In this document: positions 39,901 through 53,300 of the stretch, one piece after another | How positions within the stretch are numbered: position 1 is the stretch's first letter | Layout: each line of letters starts with the position of its first letter | Origin: Octopus vulgaris | Taxonomy: Eukaryota | Direction of reading: 5' to 3' | DNA length: 64,000 bases | NCBI GenBank assembly: GCA_951406725.2 | Contig: OX597830.1 | Location: forward strand, 56,234,001 to 56,298,000 | The notes under the pieces: model-generated | The model's database searches: none | What the model saw: the letters and a program-made list of their open reading frames with translations, nothing else | Told to the model about the DNA's origin: nothing | Position numbers and translations under genes: made by a program

Positions 39901-40755
39901 GGGAAGTAAGGCGTTCAGAATATGGCAAATGCCATATGTGTGATATAGCTTCAGTCCTAGCTGTAACTCTCCATGCCAGGTCATGCTCTCAAGCAAGGAG
40001 ACCTATAGTTTATGTATAATTAAATAATAGCTAACAGACGAATCGTGTAAAACCTCGACGAGCTGAAATGACCTTTAAAAAAAGTATTGGAGCGAAGTAT
40101 GTTGTGTACCAGCCCCCAGGGAGGATCGAACTCCCGACCCCTGGTTTACAAGACCAGTGCTCTAACCACTGAGCTATGGAGGCAGTCACAAAATCAGCCT
40201 GGAAAATACTGTATATAGCCGCACGCCGTGTTTCCGTGACCATCAAAGCAGGTGGTTTGGGTTCGATCTTAATTGGGGTCGAGATTTTCAGGCTGGCCTG
40301 TCCGTCGAGTGACGTATATTGAAGAGAGACGAGCCATCTTAGCCATGTCAGTGCGAGTGCGCGCGCGCGCGTGTGTGTGAGGGAGAACTCTTTAATGTAA
40401 GGGGAGAGAAGTGAATATTGTTATTCATTGAGTATATTAGTTCTGCCAGTAACAGTTTATGACGCAAGCACTGCTCCCTGCTATTAAACACTTCTGCCAG
40501 ATTCATTCATGAAAACTTTTGTGTTGTTGTTTTGGTTTCAGGCAATCGGCAGTTAAATATCATTCATGTATTGTGTGTGTGTGTGTGTTCATGCGCGCTC
40601 GCACAGCTCCCAACACTTCACACCAATATTGTCTTAAGCCTAATTAGATTCACTTATGAAGAAAACCAAACAATGCCAAAAATAAGCGATCCTCGCAGAC
40701 TATGAATCCACAAACATTTTCCATTTTACAAGAATGAAAGACAACCCAGAATAAC

Positions 40756-40807
<52 letters not shown>

Positions 40808-43070
40808 TACCACTTAAGAAGAGTGGACCCGGTGCGCGTACTCGCGCATCCACACTAGCTAGTCGTGACTAGTCGATCCTTAATTTTTGTTTTTGTTTTA
40901 TTTACATTGTTTTAAAAAAATAATTTATTTTGTGTTTTATTTACTTTGCTAGGTAGTCGTTGTAGGATCGACTAGTCACGACTAGCTAGCGCGGATGCGC
41001 GAGTGCGCGCACCGGGACCACTCTTCTTAAGTAGTACCTATAACTATGAACTATTATATATACCAGCTTTTATAGCTCTATGCTTTCATAACTCTCTCCG
41101 CTCCCTCTCGCGCGCGCGCACAGTCAGACAGATCGATCGATCGGTCCGTTCTCTCTATATAAGTATATATACCTGTGTATATAGCTCCCCGTTTCTATTT
41201 CTCTCTTTTTCTCTCTGTAGTATGTATATTGTGTGTGTGTGTTGGTGGGAGCGACAGTTTATACAATCGACTTAATACTACCCGTGTTCACAATACAGTT
41301 ACACCGTCTCACGAAATTAAAACAAAATTGAACTCCCAAATAAGACAGGTTTCGTTCGACCGCCACACCAAATTTCATTCATCAAATTTCACAACTTTCG
41401 AAACAACCCTTAGTCTTTGCTCAACTTTTACAAAGAATCTTCTTAAACACTCATTAAAAAAAAATCAGTTGTTTCCAGGGAGTTTAGTATTCTTTTAATT
41501 ACTCACAGCTTTCAGTCATTTGTCTACGGCCATGTTGGGGCACCGTAACGATCCCACCCGCAAATTACTTATTTCAATTTTACCGATCCGTATTTGTTAC
41601 GGGAAATACAGCACGTGTAACTCAATTGATGTTTACATAACTTTATACAGGGACTTGGGTAGAGACTCACATTAGCTATAAATACGACGATCGTCTGCTA
41701 AATTACCTCGCCCACAAGGTTTACTCGGGACTATAGAAGAAGATACTTGTTCAAGTAGCTTCGTCGAGGTATCGAACTTGGCTTATATATTTGGATTTGC
41801 ATAGAGAACTTCTCAACCACACAACCGCGTTTGGGCCTATTTTGTATGTGCTTTGCCTGTTTGGTGGTAGGCTGCAAACTAGCGTGGTGGGCATGTCTCC
41901 GTTAAAGTACCAGATGTTATCACACCTGAAAGTTATAGACAGGTGAAACAGTCTGCCCCAAATTACATTGAGGAGCGATGAGCATCGATATTTTGCCATT
42001 TTTGCGGCCTACCAACATCACATACCTGAAACGAATTGGAGTCGAACTTACTGTATGCAAGTAGTGTAAAAACCATTTGCTGGTTCCCCCTACGATGCAT
42101 ATATAGAATAAATGTCTATTTTCTCTGCTTGCTAATGTTGGATGGTTTTACAGGATCCAGTGAGCTAGAAGACTGTCAAGTTTCAGTATCAATTTTGGCA
42201 TGGTCTCTATGGTTGGATACCCTTCCTAACATCAACCACATTTACAGACTGTACTGGGTACTTTTTTCATGCAACTGACAATAGTGAAGTTGGCATATAA
42301 CTCACAAATCAAAGGAAAATACCACTCAATTGAGCAGAGTTGTAGCAGAGATGGGGTAGGCTGATGTATGATAGAGGGACAGGCGCAGATGTCTTGCTGT
42401 ACAAGAGATACATGACTACCTCATATAATTATAAAGGTGGGATTTGCTGGAAAGAAGGCAATGATGGTGGTGACAAAGTATCAGGACATACTCTCAAGAT
42501 AGAAGAAGGTGGGTATAAAAGAGAATACACACCTGAAGATCAAGAATGGTGGTGGTGAGATAGGTTCATAAGAGTGTGAGAGGAGAGTGGCAGATGGTTA
42601 AAGGTAAGAGTAGAGGAGAATGTAGTGAATAGAACATGGGTGGAGGTGTGGTCTGTGGTAAATATCAGTAAGGTGGTGGGGTGTATGAAAGAAATAGGAG
42701 TGTCCCAGGAAGCAATAGGTAATAAGTGGCAGTACAGGATGGATGGAAACCATCAGTATAATAAGCCATTGTTGATTGATGAGAAAATATGGAGATGGTG
42801 TGTGAGAGTATGAGAGTGTCAGGAGCAGGCAGAGAGAGGAATTCAGTGAGAGAAGGAATCTCAGAGAAGAGGTACCTAAGGGTGGCTAAAGTGAGTGGGG
42901 GAACAAATAAGTGTCTGGGTGAATCTGCCCCAATAAACTCTGTCCGACCCATGCAGTCATGGAAGAATGGATGTTAGAATGACAACGATAATGATAATAT
43001 ATTTATGTATGTATATGTGGGTGTGTATGTGTAATATGTGTGTGAATGTATGTATGTATGTATGTATATA

Positions 43071-43107
<37 letters not shown>

Positions 43108-46100
43108 TACATGTGGAGGCGCAATGGCCTAGTGGTTAGGGCAGCGGACTCGCGGTCGGAGGATCGCGGTTTCGATTCCCAGACCGGGCGTTGTGTGTGT
43201 TTATTGAGCGAAAACACCTAAAAGCTACACGAGGCTCCGGCAGGGGGTGGTGATCCCTGCTGTACTCTTTCACCACTCTTTCTCTCACTCTTTCGTCTGT
43301 TGGCCTGCTCGCTTAGCCAGCGGGGTGGCGTCGTTCGAAAGCTAAAACAATGCGAACGCATTGTAACCAGCGATGTGGAGCAACATCTGATGGTCAGTCA
43401 CGTGATCACGTGATATATATACTACATATGTGGAAAATCAGTGTGTGTTTGTTTGTGGCGTTGTTAGCTAACTCCTCCTACATTGTTTTACTGATTTTGA
43501 TGAAACTTAACACGTGACTAGAATTCATGTCTGGAAGCCTTGTGACATACTTAGATTGTTGAAAAAATCAATAATATGGCCCCTGGAAGGGACCTTTATA
43601 TCTACTTCATATAGCCAATTTTTTAAACATCCAAGGGAATTAACCCATAGCACCTGTATAATACTTTTTTAAACACTCAAGGGAAATAAACAATTTCATT
43701 GTTTACGTTCGATTACTTTGAATATTGATTTTTTGTGTCTCCTATTTCTAATTTTTGCAGACAATATCAATTTTATACTTTATTTGACATGTGAGTAGAG
43801 CTCATGTCGGGAAACCTTCTGACATACTTAGATTGTTGAAAAAAAAAATCGATAATAGTGCCCTTTCAATGGATCCTTCTATCTACTACATATTACTAAT
43901 ATTTTATTTAAACAACTCAAGGGAAATAACACATACCACCTGCAGATTTTAACGAAGTGATCAATATTTCTTTCTCACGATCAGCCAACCAAATTCTACA
44001 TTTCACTACTCACTGTTTTGAACTGCTAAAAATTATTGCACTTCTTTAATTTGAATCTTAAACATTGAAGACTTCATTCATACATTTCTATACATAAATA
44101 CTTTTTTTTAAATCCTTTACTCAGATAATTCTGCATTTTTACAGTTACACTTTTTCCAAAACAGTAGATATATTTTTTCTTCCACAATGTATTTGTAATG
44201 GCTTCATGCCTCGATTACCAAATTTCACTTAACACTTCAACAGCTCTTTTCTCACAGTAAGATAATAGTTTTTCTGTGAATGACAGCAGTTATCCATTTC
44301 TCAGATGCCTTCGCTAAGCAAAGTAATGTCTTTGCCCCTCGCCAACCTCTGACAACCTCTCTCGCCAACCTTCGAAAACCTCTCTCGCCAAACTCCAACA
44401 ATCTCTCCATCGTCCAGCTGACAGTTTTTTGTACTTTTTCGTGGCGGAAAATACACCTTTTGTGGCAGTTATAATGAAATTGCTTTCTTATATCAGAGTA
44501 ATAAGGCATTTCAATAGAACATCTTTACCCCCGGGAATTTCTGGGTACACCAGCTAATATATATATATGTATCTATGTACTGCAATAACTTGGGATTTAA
44601 GGACTCTCGGCTATTTAATACCTTGCCAAAACATCCAAGGGACTTACATGGAGTATGGGTAGATGTTTTCAAGAAACAACTTGACTTCCTGCTGTTCAGT
44701 CTCAGACGAACTGATATCGCAATAAGAAACTCAAAAGAGGGCAGCAGTGTCAAATTCTCTCCTTCACCAGAAACCAATTGCATAAGAATGGCCATTGGAA
44801 AAGTGATGACACTGATGGTGCTCCATCATGACCACAACCTTTGAACTGAAATGCATAAAAATAAAAAAGACTAAATGAATATGTATATATATGTTTTTGC
44901 AAAAAATTTACAATAAAACACTAAACACCAGTATGTTTTTTCTGTTTTTTCTTCCCAGATTTCTACAAGTTGTACCATCAAGTCCTCCTGACCAGTGGTT
45001 GTTGTGTGAAGTATTGTATTTCATTGGTTCTGTCTTCAAGCTCAGTGGCACTGTTCCTTTACACATCCTACAGTGGTTGGCAAATATTGTATATAATCCT
45101 AAGGCAGCACTGTATAACCTTCTCCACAGAACTGAGGGAATCCATGATGTCACAGAGAGCATGGCTGCCTTGAAAAAGTTACAAACCATTTCTATTTTTC
45201 TTTCTTTCTTATGTTTATTCCATTGAGGACATCTTTGCTTTTTATCCTTTGGGTGGGGGTGGGGTCAATATAATGAGTACTTGATGGTCACTGGGTTCAG
45301 TGTAATTGACTACTTCCTTACCTAGAATTCCTGAACTTGTACCAAAATTCAGAACCATTATTATTACCTCTGCCTTAGTGAAGGTGGAGGTGTTTTCAGT
45401 CGTGTTTGTTTGTCTGTGGACAAGATATCTCAAGAACCGCTGGATGGATTTGGATGAAACTTTCAGAGATGTTTGGCCTCATGACTGGCACAAACTGATT
45501 AGATTTTGGGATCAATCGGTTACTGGACAAGGATTCTCAACTATTTTTCCAGTTTTTTTAATTTAATTTTTGAGAGCAGTCGGGTTCATTTTTAGTATTC
45601 TCGTTTGTGAGAGCAGTTGAATTTATTTCAGATATTCTCATTTTAAAAATCATCTCTGGCTGATCATTGAGAGGACATTCGTGTTGCCTTGGTGAAGGTT
45701 TGTGCTCTCTGAGTGCTTTTGTTATTATTAAGGCAGTGAGATGGCAATGTCGTTAACACATTGGACAAAATGTTTAGCAGTGTTTCTTACTGCTCTTTAT
45801 GCTTTGTGTTTAAATGATGCCAAGGTCAACTTTGCCTTTTATCTTTTGGGGTTGATAGAATAAGTATCAGACAGTTGCTGGATGTCGATGTAATCAACTT
45901 GCTTCCTCCCCACAAAATTGCTAGCCTTGTCCCAAAATTTGAAATCCTTATTACATTATTATTATTATTACTATGTTCTGAGCTGAAATTCTACTGGGGT
46001 CAATTTTGCCTTTAGGGCATCCAGCTGCTGAAACCATGCCAGAAGGACTGGAACCTAGTGCAGCTCTCCAGCTTACCAGCTCCTGTCAAATTGTCTAATC

Positions 46101-49100
46101 CAGCAAAGAAAATGGATGTTAAATGATGATGATGGTGATGATGATGATGATGATGATACTCTTGGATCAATAAGGTATCAGTCAAGAGTTGAGGTCACAT
46201 ATAATTAGACTGACCTCTTCTCAAAACTACTGGCTTTCTGCCAAAATTAAAGACAATTTGAAAGTGGTTAACTGTCAGAACCACCAGAACACAAAATAAA
46301 ATAACTTGTGGTATTTGTTTTGACATTTTACATACCAATTTCAAATCTTAGTCCACTCAAAAAGTTTGGTTGGCCTAGTGGCTATTAGAAGACTTTTGTT
46401 CAGGGTGCCATGTAGTGGGACTGAACCCAAGAACTACATGGTTTGGAAGCAAGTTTCACAGCTACCTACACCTATTGCCATGTCTGTAAGAACGTTCCTA
46501 TTGATTCCTCTATCTTCACCGTTACCATCCCCTATCTTTTACAGTCTCTCAGAATCCATTCTGTTGACTTTTACATTCACCTCTTGTCACTTGTCCTCTG
46601 GAGGGGTCCAGCCTAAACCTATCCAGTGGCTGTATTTTGTTCCCTATATCTGTTATGACTGTCACAACACGTTCTCTCTCTACTTGCAGATCGTTGGAAA
46701 AGGAAGTTATCAATGTTATCACCTGCTTTCTCTCTCATCAGCCTTATGTTTTACATAGCAAGTAAGTATTACTTCCATATGCTTGTGTACATTTGGTGGT
46801 GAGGTCCTACTCAATAGTGGTTGAGGACTTGTTTTGATCTGTGTGTATGTGTGTGTACCCTGTTAACTGAGTTCATTTATGTAATTACTAATGTTAATTC
46901 TATGTCTGTCTATCACCGCATCGACTCCGCAGGTAATTGCATTTTTCGACCTTTTATTGCGCACATTTTGTTTTAATTTTTGTACACAAGGTGTGTGAAG
47001 CACCCAACTGTCATTTGAATGTTTTCAAGGGAAGAATTGGCCCCTAGGGGCAGTTTCAACCCTATTTAAATTTCTATTTTTCATCTTGACTTTGAAAAAT
47101 GTTGAGAAATTCATAGTGGAATGCTGGTCAAATTCGTTCATGGACCAGCTTTTCTCTAACCTTGAAATGCTAGGAGAAAAAAAGAATAACTCCTGCACAC
47201 ATACACACTTAAATACAATTACAGACATGAAAAATACAAATAAATCAAATACAAATCTGAGAGACTCGGTGAATGCTGCAACCACAATTGTTAACAGCCC
47301 TGTCACCACCACCACCAACAACAAAACGAAATCATAGCAAAGCTATTCACTGTGACCTCCACCAAAGACAGTACCGCCAACACCACTACTACAACTTAAA
47401 CTGCTACAACTAACACCTCTGCTACTGACAGTACCACAACCACCACCACCAAGGACAAAACAAATTTCACTGAAGTGATAAAACAAAAGAGAACAATTGT
47501 CAAATTCACTGCCCAACAAATAAATGACACAAAAGCACTTCTTAGTAAAGAAGGAGATAACTTACAGCTAAACATTCCAAAAACCATCTTAGGAAACACA
47601 AAGACAAAAAGCAATCATTTATAAAATTATAAGCAAAAAACAAAAGACCAGAAAATGCACCACAACAGAAAATTGAAAAATGCCTTTGTCCTGTTTGGCC
47701 ACACAAAGAATACGTAAATTAGTGGCACAAATACGGCACTGTCCAAGTCTGATTTCAGGACGAAAAACTGGTCAACTGGTTCTCAACACTGACTCTTCAC
47801 ACTGATGAGTTAATGATGATACCAACTTATCTAGGCCAGAGAGTGACAAAAGTCACAATAAAAAATATGCCTCCGGAAGTAGAGACACAATGGCTATTAT
47901 TGGCCATATGTTTTGAAATGGAGGAAACCAACATCCTGGAAATTGCCATTTCAGAACAACAAAACTGGGTGGGTAAAACAAAATTCCAACCACAATCCAA
48001 TTGACAGAAGATTACAAACTGTATGTAGTGGTGGAGGGTGTGGCAGTGAAACACATTTAAAATGTCCAACTGCTGCACAATAACAAGAGCAGCAACAACG
48101 ACCACCGCCACAACCAGAAAAATTCTGGAAAAAACCACAACTACCATCAACACAAAAGACAAAAGAAACACATCAACCAAACTCACCAGCACCAACAACT
48201 GAGAATACAACAGCAGCTGAAAAAACACTAACGGCAACAAAAGGAAGAACTAAAGAAACAAAAAACACAAAAGAAAATACAGACACTGATTCCCCTTCCC
48301 CTATATCACATACATCTCACACAAACAATCAACACCAAGGAAAACAACAACACAACCACTTACACAAACATACATAGGCACTTACAATATGCCCTTACCC
48401 TTCCTTTCGATTCCACAGAAATTTCTTCAGAAGATGAAAGCAGTGAGAAATGGCAAATAGCCAGAAAAGGAAGAAGGAAGAGGAGCAAAAAGAGAACAAA
48501 AGCAAACCCCGTGAGTGTCGTGTTGCTCTTGAGCAACTATGTTGTCCTTAGTCGACTTTGAGCGACTGCATCACAACCGAGGCATTCTATAGGGCATTAG
48601 TGGAGGGGGGTGCAACGACGATCTCGGGGCGAACCTGGGTGTCAACGAGGAATACCTGACCCACCTGTTCAAGACGCCTTTTGGGCCGGGACCTATGGAC
48701 AACTTCCAGAGATCCCTATATATATATATATATATATATTATTACTGAGTTAATGTCTTTATTTCTTCTTTATACAAAGAGGCAGCCTTGATTCACTTAG
48801 TTGTTCTCTTCATTAGTTATGTGAATGCCAATATAACTGCAAGAGGTAAAATACTTCGTTTACCTTTCTTTCTAATTCTTTCTTTAAAACAGGTTAAAGA
48901 TAGAACAGTTACGAGGAGATTTAACTGAAATGTTACTCATTCACTTAAACGTCGCTGAAGCTCCACATTTTTATAATTTAGCACCACTGCAAGCATCGTT
49001 ACAGTGTCTGATGCATGTCACTGCAAGGTAAGTTGCATCTTTACTGACTTTACTGAGTTTCATATGATTGTGTCTCAATATAGCAGGGAGTATACCTTAC

Positions 49101-50321
49101 TTTCTGGCATACAAGTTGATGTAGTATATAGTTTAAATAGTCAAATATTATCCCTGTCTTTTTTAATGCTGCTGTATTTCATATGGAATTTTTGGCTCCC
49201 CAAAGTCATTTTGGTGCATAAACCATCATCATCATCGTTTAACGTTCGTTTTCTATGCTAGCATGGGTTGGTCGGTTCTACTGGGGTCTGGGAAGCCAGG
49301 AGGCTGCACCAAGCCCAGTCTGATCTGGCAGTGTTTTTACAGCTGGATGCCCTTCCTAACGCCAACCACTCCGTGAGTGTAGTGGGTGCTTTTTACGTGC
49401 CACCTGCACAGCTGGCAAACGGTGCTTTTTACGTGCCACCGGCATGGGGGCCAGGCGAGGCTGGCAATGTGCTTGTGCTCAACAATTAGTGTTGGTTTGT
49501 TTACATTCCTGTGACTTAGTAGTTTGGCAAAAAGAGGCAGATAGTATAAGCACCAGGACTTAAAAAAACAAAACAAAAAAAGATATAAGTACTAGGGTTG
49601 ATTTGTTTGGTTAAAATCCTTAAAGCCATGCCCCAGTATGGCCACAGTCCAATGACTGAAACTGATGAAAGAAGATGAGTAATTCTGTCTGTTTTTGTTG
49701 ACTGTTTCAGGCTTGGCTGGAGCGGAGAAATTAGTGAAACCGATGGAGTCAGTCTGACTTTGAAGCTTCTTGGTTGTTTGTTGGAGGTAAAATATTCACC
49801 TTGTACAAATTTATAGTTTCACAAATCACCACCACCACCATCATCTTCCTTGTGAACATCATCATCATCAATAACAACACCTCCTTCTTCGCCTCCTTCT
49901 TCGTCTTCTTCTTTGCCTCCTTCAACTCCTTCTTCTTCACCTCCTTCTTCTTCGCCTCCTTCTTCTTCTTCGCCTTCTTCTTCTTCTTCGCCTTCTTCTT
50001 CTTCTTCTTCTTCTTCTTCTTCTTCTTCTCCTTCTTCTTCTTCTTCTTCTTCTTCGCCTTCTTCACCTTCTTCTTCTTCGCATCCTTCTTCTTCGCCTCC
50101 TTCTTCTCCTTCTTCTCCTTCTTCGTCTCCTTCTTCTTTGCCTCCTTCTTCTTCTTCACCTCCTTCTTCGCCTCCTTCTTCTTCTTCTTCGCCTCCTCGC
50201 CTTTTTCTTCGCCTCCTTCTTCTTCTTCGCCTCCTTCTTCTTCTTCGCCTCCTTCTTCTTCTTCGCCTCCTTCTTCTCCTCCTTCTTCTTCTTCGCCTCC
50301 TTCTTCTTCTTCGCCTCCTTC

Positions 50322-50352
<31 letters not shown>

Positions 50353-53300
50353 GGGGCGAGCTGGCAGAAGTGTTAGCCTGCAGAGCAAAATACTTAGCTG
50401 CATTTTGTCCATCTACAGTCTGAGTTCAGATTCAATCAAAGTTGACTTTCCTTTCTTCCTTTCGGGGCTTGATGAAATAAGTAGCAGTTGAGCACTAGGG
50501 TCGATGTAATTGACTTAACCCTCCCCTGAAATTGCTGGCCTTGTGCCAAAATTTGAAACCATCATTGTTGTTGTTTGTTTATTTCACAGATTATATCGGC
50601 TTTCCACATTGGTCGTGGTGGCACCGTGATGTCATACATGGGAAAAGGGGTGACGAAATCAGCCACTATGTGTCTCCAGCATCTTGCTTTAGAGATGGAA
50701 ATATATTCAGAAAATGAGGTAGGCTTAGCAGCATTTCATCTTGTTTTTATGTTCTGAGTTCAAATTTCACGAGGTTCGACTTTGCCTTTCTTCCTTTCGG
50801 GGTTGATGAAATAAGTAGCAGTTGAGCACTAGGGTCAATGTAATTGACTTAACCCTCCCCTGAAATTGCTGGCCTTGTGCCAAAATTTGAAATTATTATT
50901 ATTAGGGTGAGAGCCAGAGTGGGTGATAAAGTGCTTAACCCATTAGCACCCATGATCCCTTTTTTTAGGACCAGAAGGACAATCCATCATATTTCTGCAG
51001 CACCGGTATTTTTCTGAAACATCTTTAGTTAGTTATCAAGACTGGAGTGTCTTTCATATATTATAATAAATTTTTTTTATATAATTAGTGTCAGATAAAG
51101 TTGTATTAAAAAAAAAGGCTTTTGGTAATAAATCAAATAAAAAAAATTGGGCACTAATGGGTTAAGCTTAGGCGAGTCTAACGACAATTGTCCCTGCTTA
51201 GACTTGCGGAGCATAGGCAGAGATAATGAACAGAAGGACTACTTTTATGATATTCTTTTGCAGTTTGCAGGTTGCCTCAAAGACGAGTGACAATGATCTC
51301 CTCTTCGTAGATGGGGATTTCAATGGGCATGTCAAACAACAACCTGGTATCTTCCATAGTGTGCAGGGGGGGAGGGGCATGGATTTAGCTCCTGAAATGA
51401 AGAAGGAACAAGGCTACTAGAGTTCTGTGATGCAAACAACGAACTTCAAGAAGTGAGCCAGCCACCTGATAACCTACCAATCAGGGGCCTGTGTTAGCCA
51501 GATTGATTACATTCTCACCAAACAGAAGGATGCATGGTTGCACCTAAATACAAAGACCCTCTCTGATGAAGAATGTAAACCCTGATCTCCCCTATATGCT
51601 GATGACCTTGCTCTTATAGCTTGAATCACTACCTGAACTAGAGAAGAATCAAAGGGCCTTAGAGTTAACCTTGCAAAAACAAAAAAGTAAGTAGGAAGGC
51701 AGACAAATCACAAATCCTTTTAGGTAGATGGCCCTGCTTGATCTGTAGAAAAAGTGTAGGTAGAAACTCCATAAGATGCACTTGATGTAAGCTTTGGACA
51801 TGTTAAGAGGTGCAGCAATATCAGAGAAAAGTTAACAGGGAAAATAGCTTTTGTGTGTGGAAGGTGCACAAGTACAATAAGCACTGAAAATGTACTAAAA
51901 TGTACATTATTTACATCTGTCGAATGTAAATATTGTTATTTATTATATCCAACTAAAATAACTTAATTACAAGACAAATGTTAATTATTTCTCTCTTAGA
52001 AATGGCCAGAGCATTGGTTGTACATGAAGGAGCAGAACCGGCTTTTGATGGAAACTGGTTTAAATTGGTTGTTAACGCTGTGGGCCTACCGAGATCCTGA
52101 GGTATGTTACAGTAATAGACCACAGGAAGTTTTAATTCTTCACATCTCTATTATGTGTGTATGGGAAACTAGCAATAGATTTGTCTTTGCTTTATTATGT
52201 CTATCAAGTCTCATTGTTTCATATCAAAACCTTTTCTTAATCTACTAAAACAACATATTAAGACCATTTATTCGTAAAGAGACTCAATGTTTATTAAGGC
52301 TCTGTATTTAATTGTTAAAATTCAATGTTTGCTATTAAGAGTTATTCTGTGTTCATTTCACTGCCAGAGCAGCTGTCTAGCACGTAAAGTGCACCATTTG
52401 AGCGTGATCATTGTCAGCGCCGCCTCACTGGCACTTGTGCCTGTGGCATGTGAGCAAAACATTCGAGCGAGGTTGTTGCCAGTGCTGCTGGACTGACTCC
52501 TGTGCAGTTGGCATGTAACAAACACCATTTTCGAGCGTTGCCAGACTGGCCCTCATGCCGGTGGCACTTTAAAAGCACCCACTACACTCTCGGAGTGGTT
52601 GGCATTAGGAAGGGCATCCAGCTGTAGAAACTCTGCCAGATTAGATTGGAGTCTGGTGCAGCCGTCTGGTTTGCCAGACCCCTGTCAAATCGTCCAACCC
52701 ATGCTAGCATGGAAAGCGGACATTAAACGAAGATGATGATGATGAATGATCATTAAAATTCTGTGTTCATCATTTAGAGCTGTGGTTCTCATCGGGGGTC
52801 TATATGGAGACAGATAAGATTTTGTTGTTAAAATTTTTTGCATTAAATTGGTTATATTTCTACAATACACAAAATAATTCAACGACTTTTTAATCTAATT
52901 CCTAATAATATTTAATTATGAAAATATAATAAGGAATTATTTTGCATGGTTAAGAGGGTCCATCTGAGTGAAACAGGAATAAAAGTGTCCATGGGTAAAA
53001 AATGGTTGAGAACCACTGATTTAGAGTGTATTCATTATGAACCTATGTTGATAAGGCTTTGCATTCAGTTCAAGTTAGTTAGTTAGTTAATTTGGCTCAA
53101 AAGCAAATAGCAAGGCCATGTAGGGGGACATGGAGTTAAGTACAGGGTGGTGTTCATGTGACCAGAGGTGACAATTGGTTGAACATATTTTAATTTCATG
53201 CTAACTTCAGTGTTCTAAAAGAAACTGTTTGTATGTAACTGTGCATATCTGTGTATGTGTCTGTGTCAATATATGTGTGTATTCAAAGGTGGTGAGCTGG

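Noticed and set aside
40210-40282. tRNA-like segment with GGTTCGATC next to tRNA-Thr
   Set aside because: Only a B-box-like motif; I could not build a cloverleaf.
43115-43190. Possible second tRNA gene (Arg)
   Set aside because: A and B boxes are present, but there is no acceptor stem or terminator and it runs into a SINE body.
48780-48845. Possible extra RTTN exon ([21 protein letters not shown], donor gtaaaa)
   Set aside because: The available AGs give stops in the phase required after exon 26, the following intron would be under 50 nt, and exons 26 and 27 already join in frame.
49749-50491. Long K/E/R/F/S-rich ORFs (136-197 aa)
   Set aside because: Artefacts of the stop-free trinucleotide tract; open in several frames on both strands.
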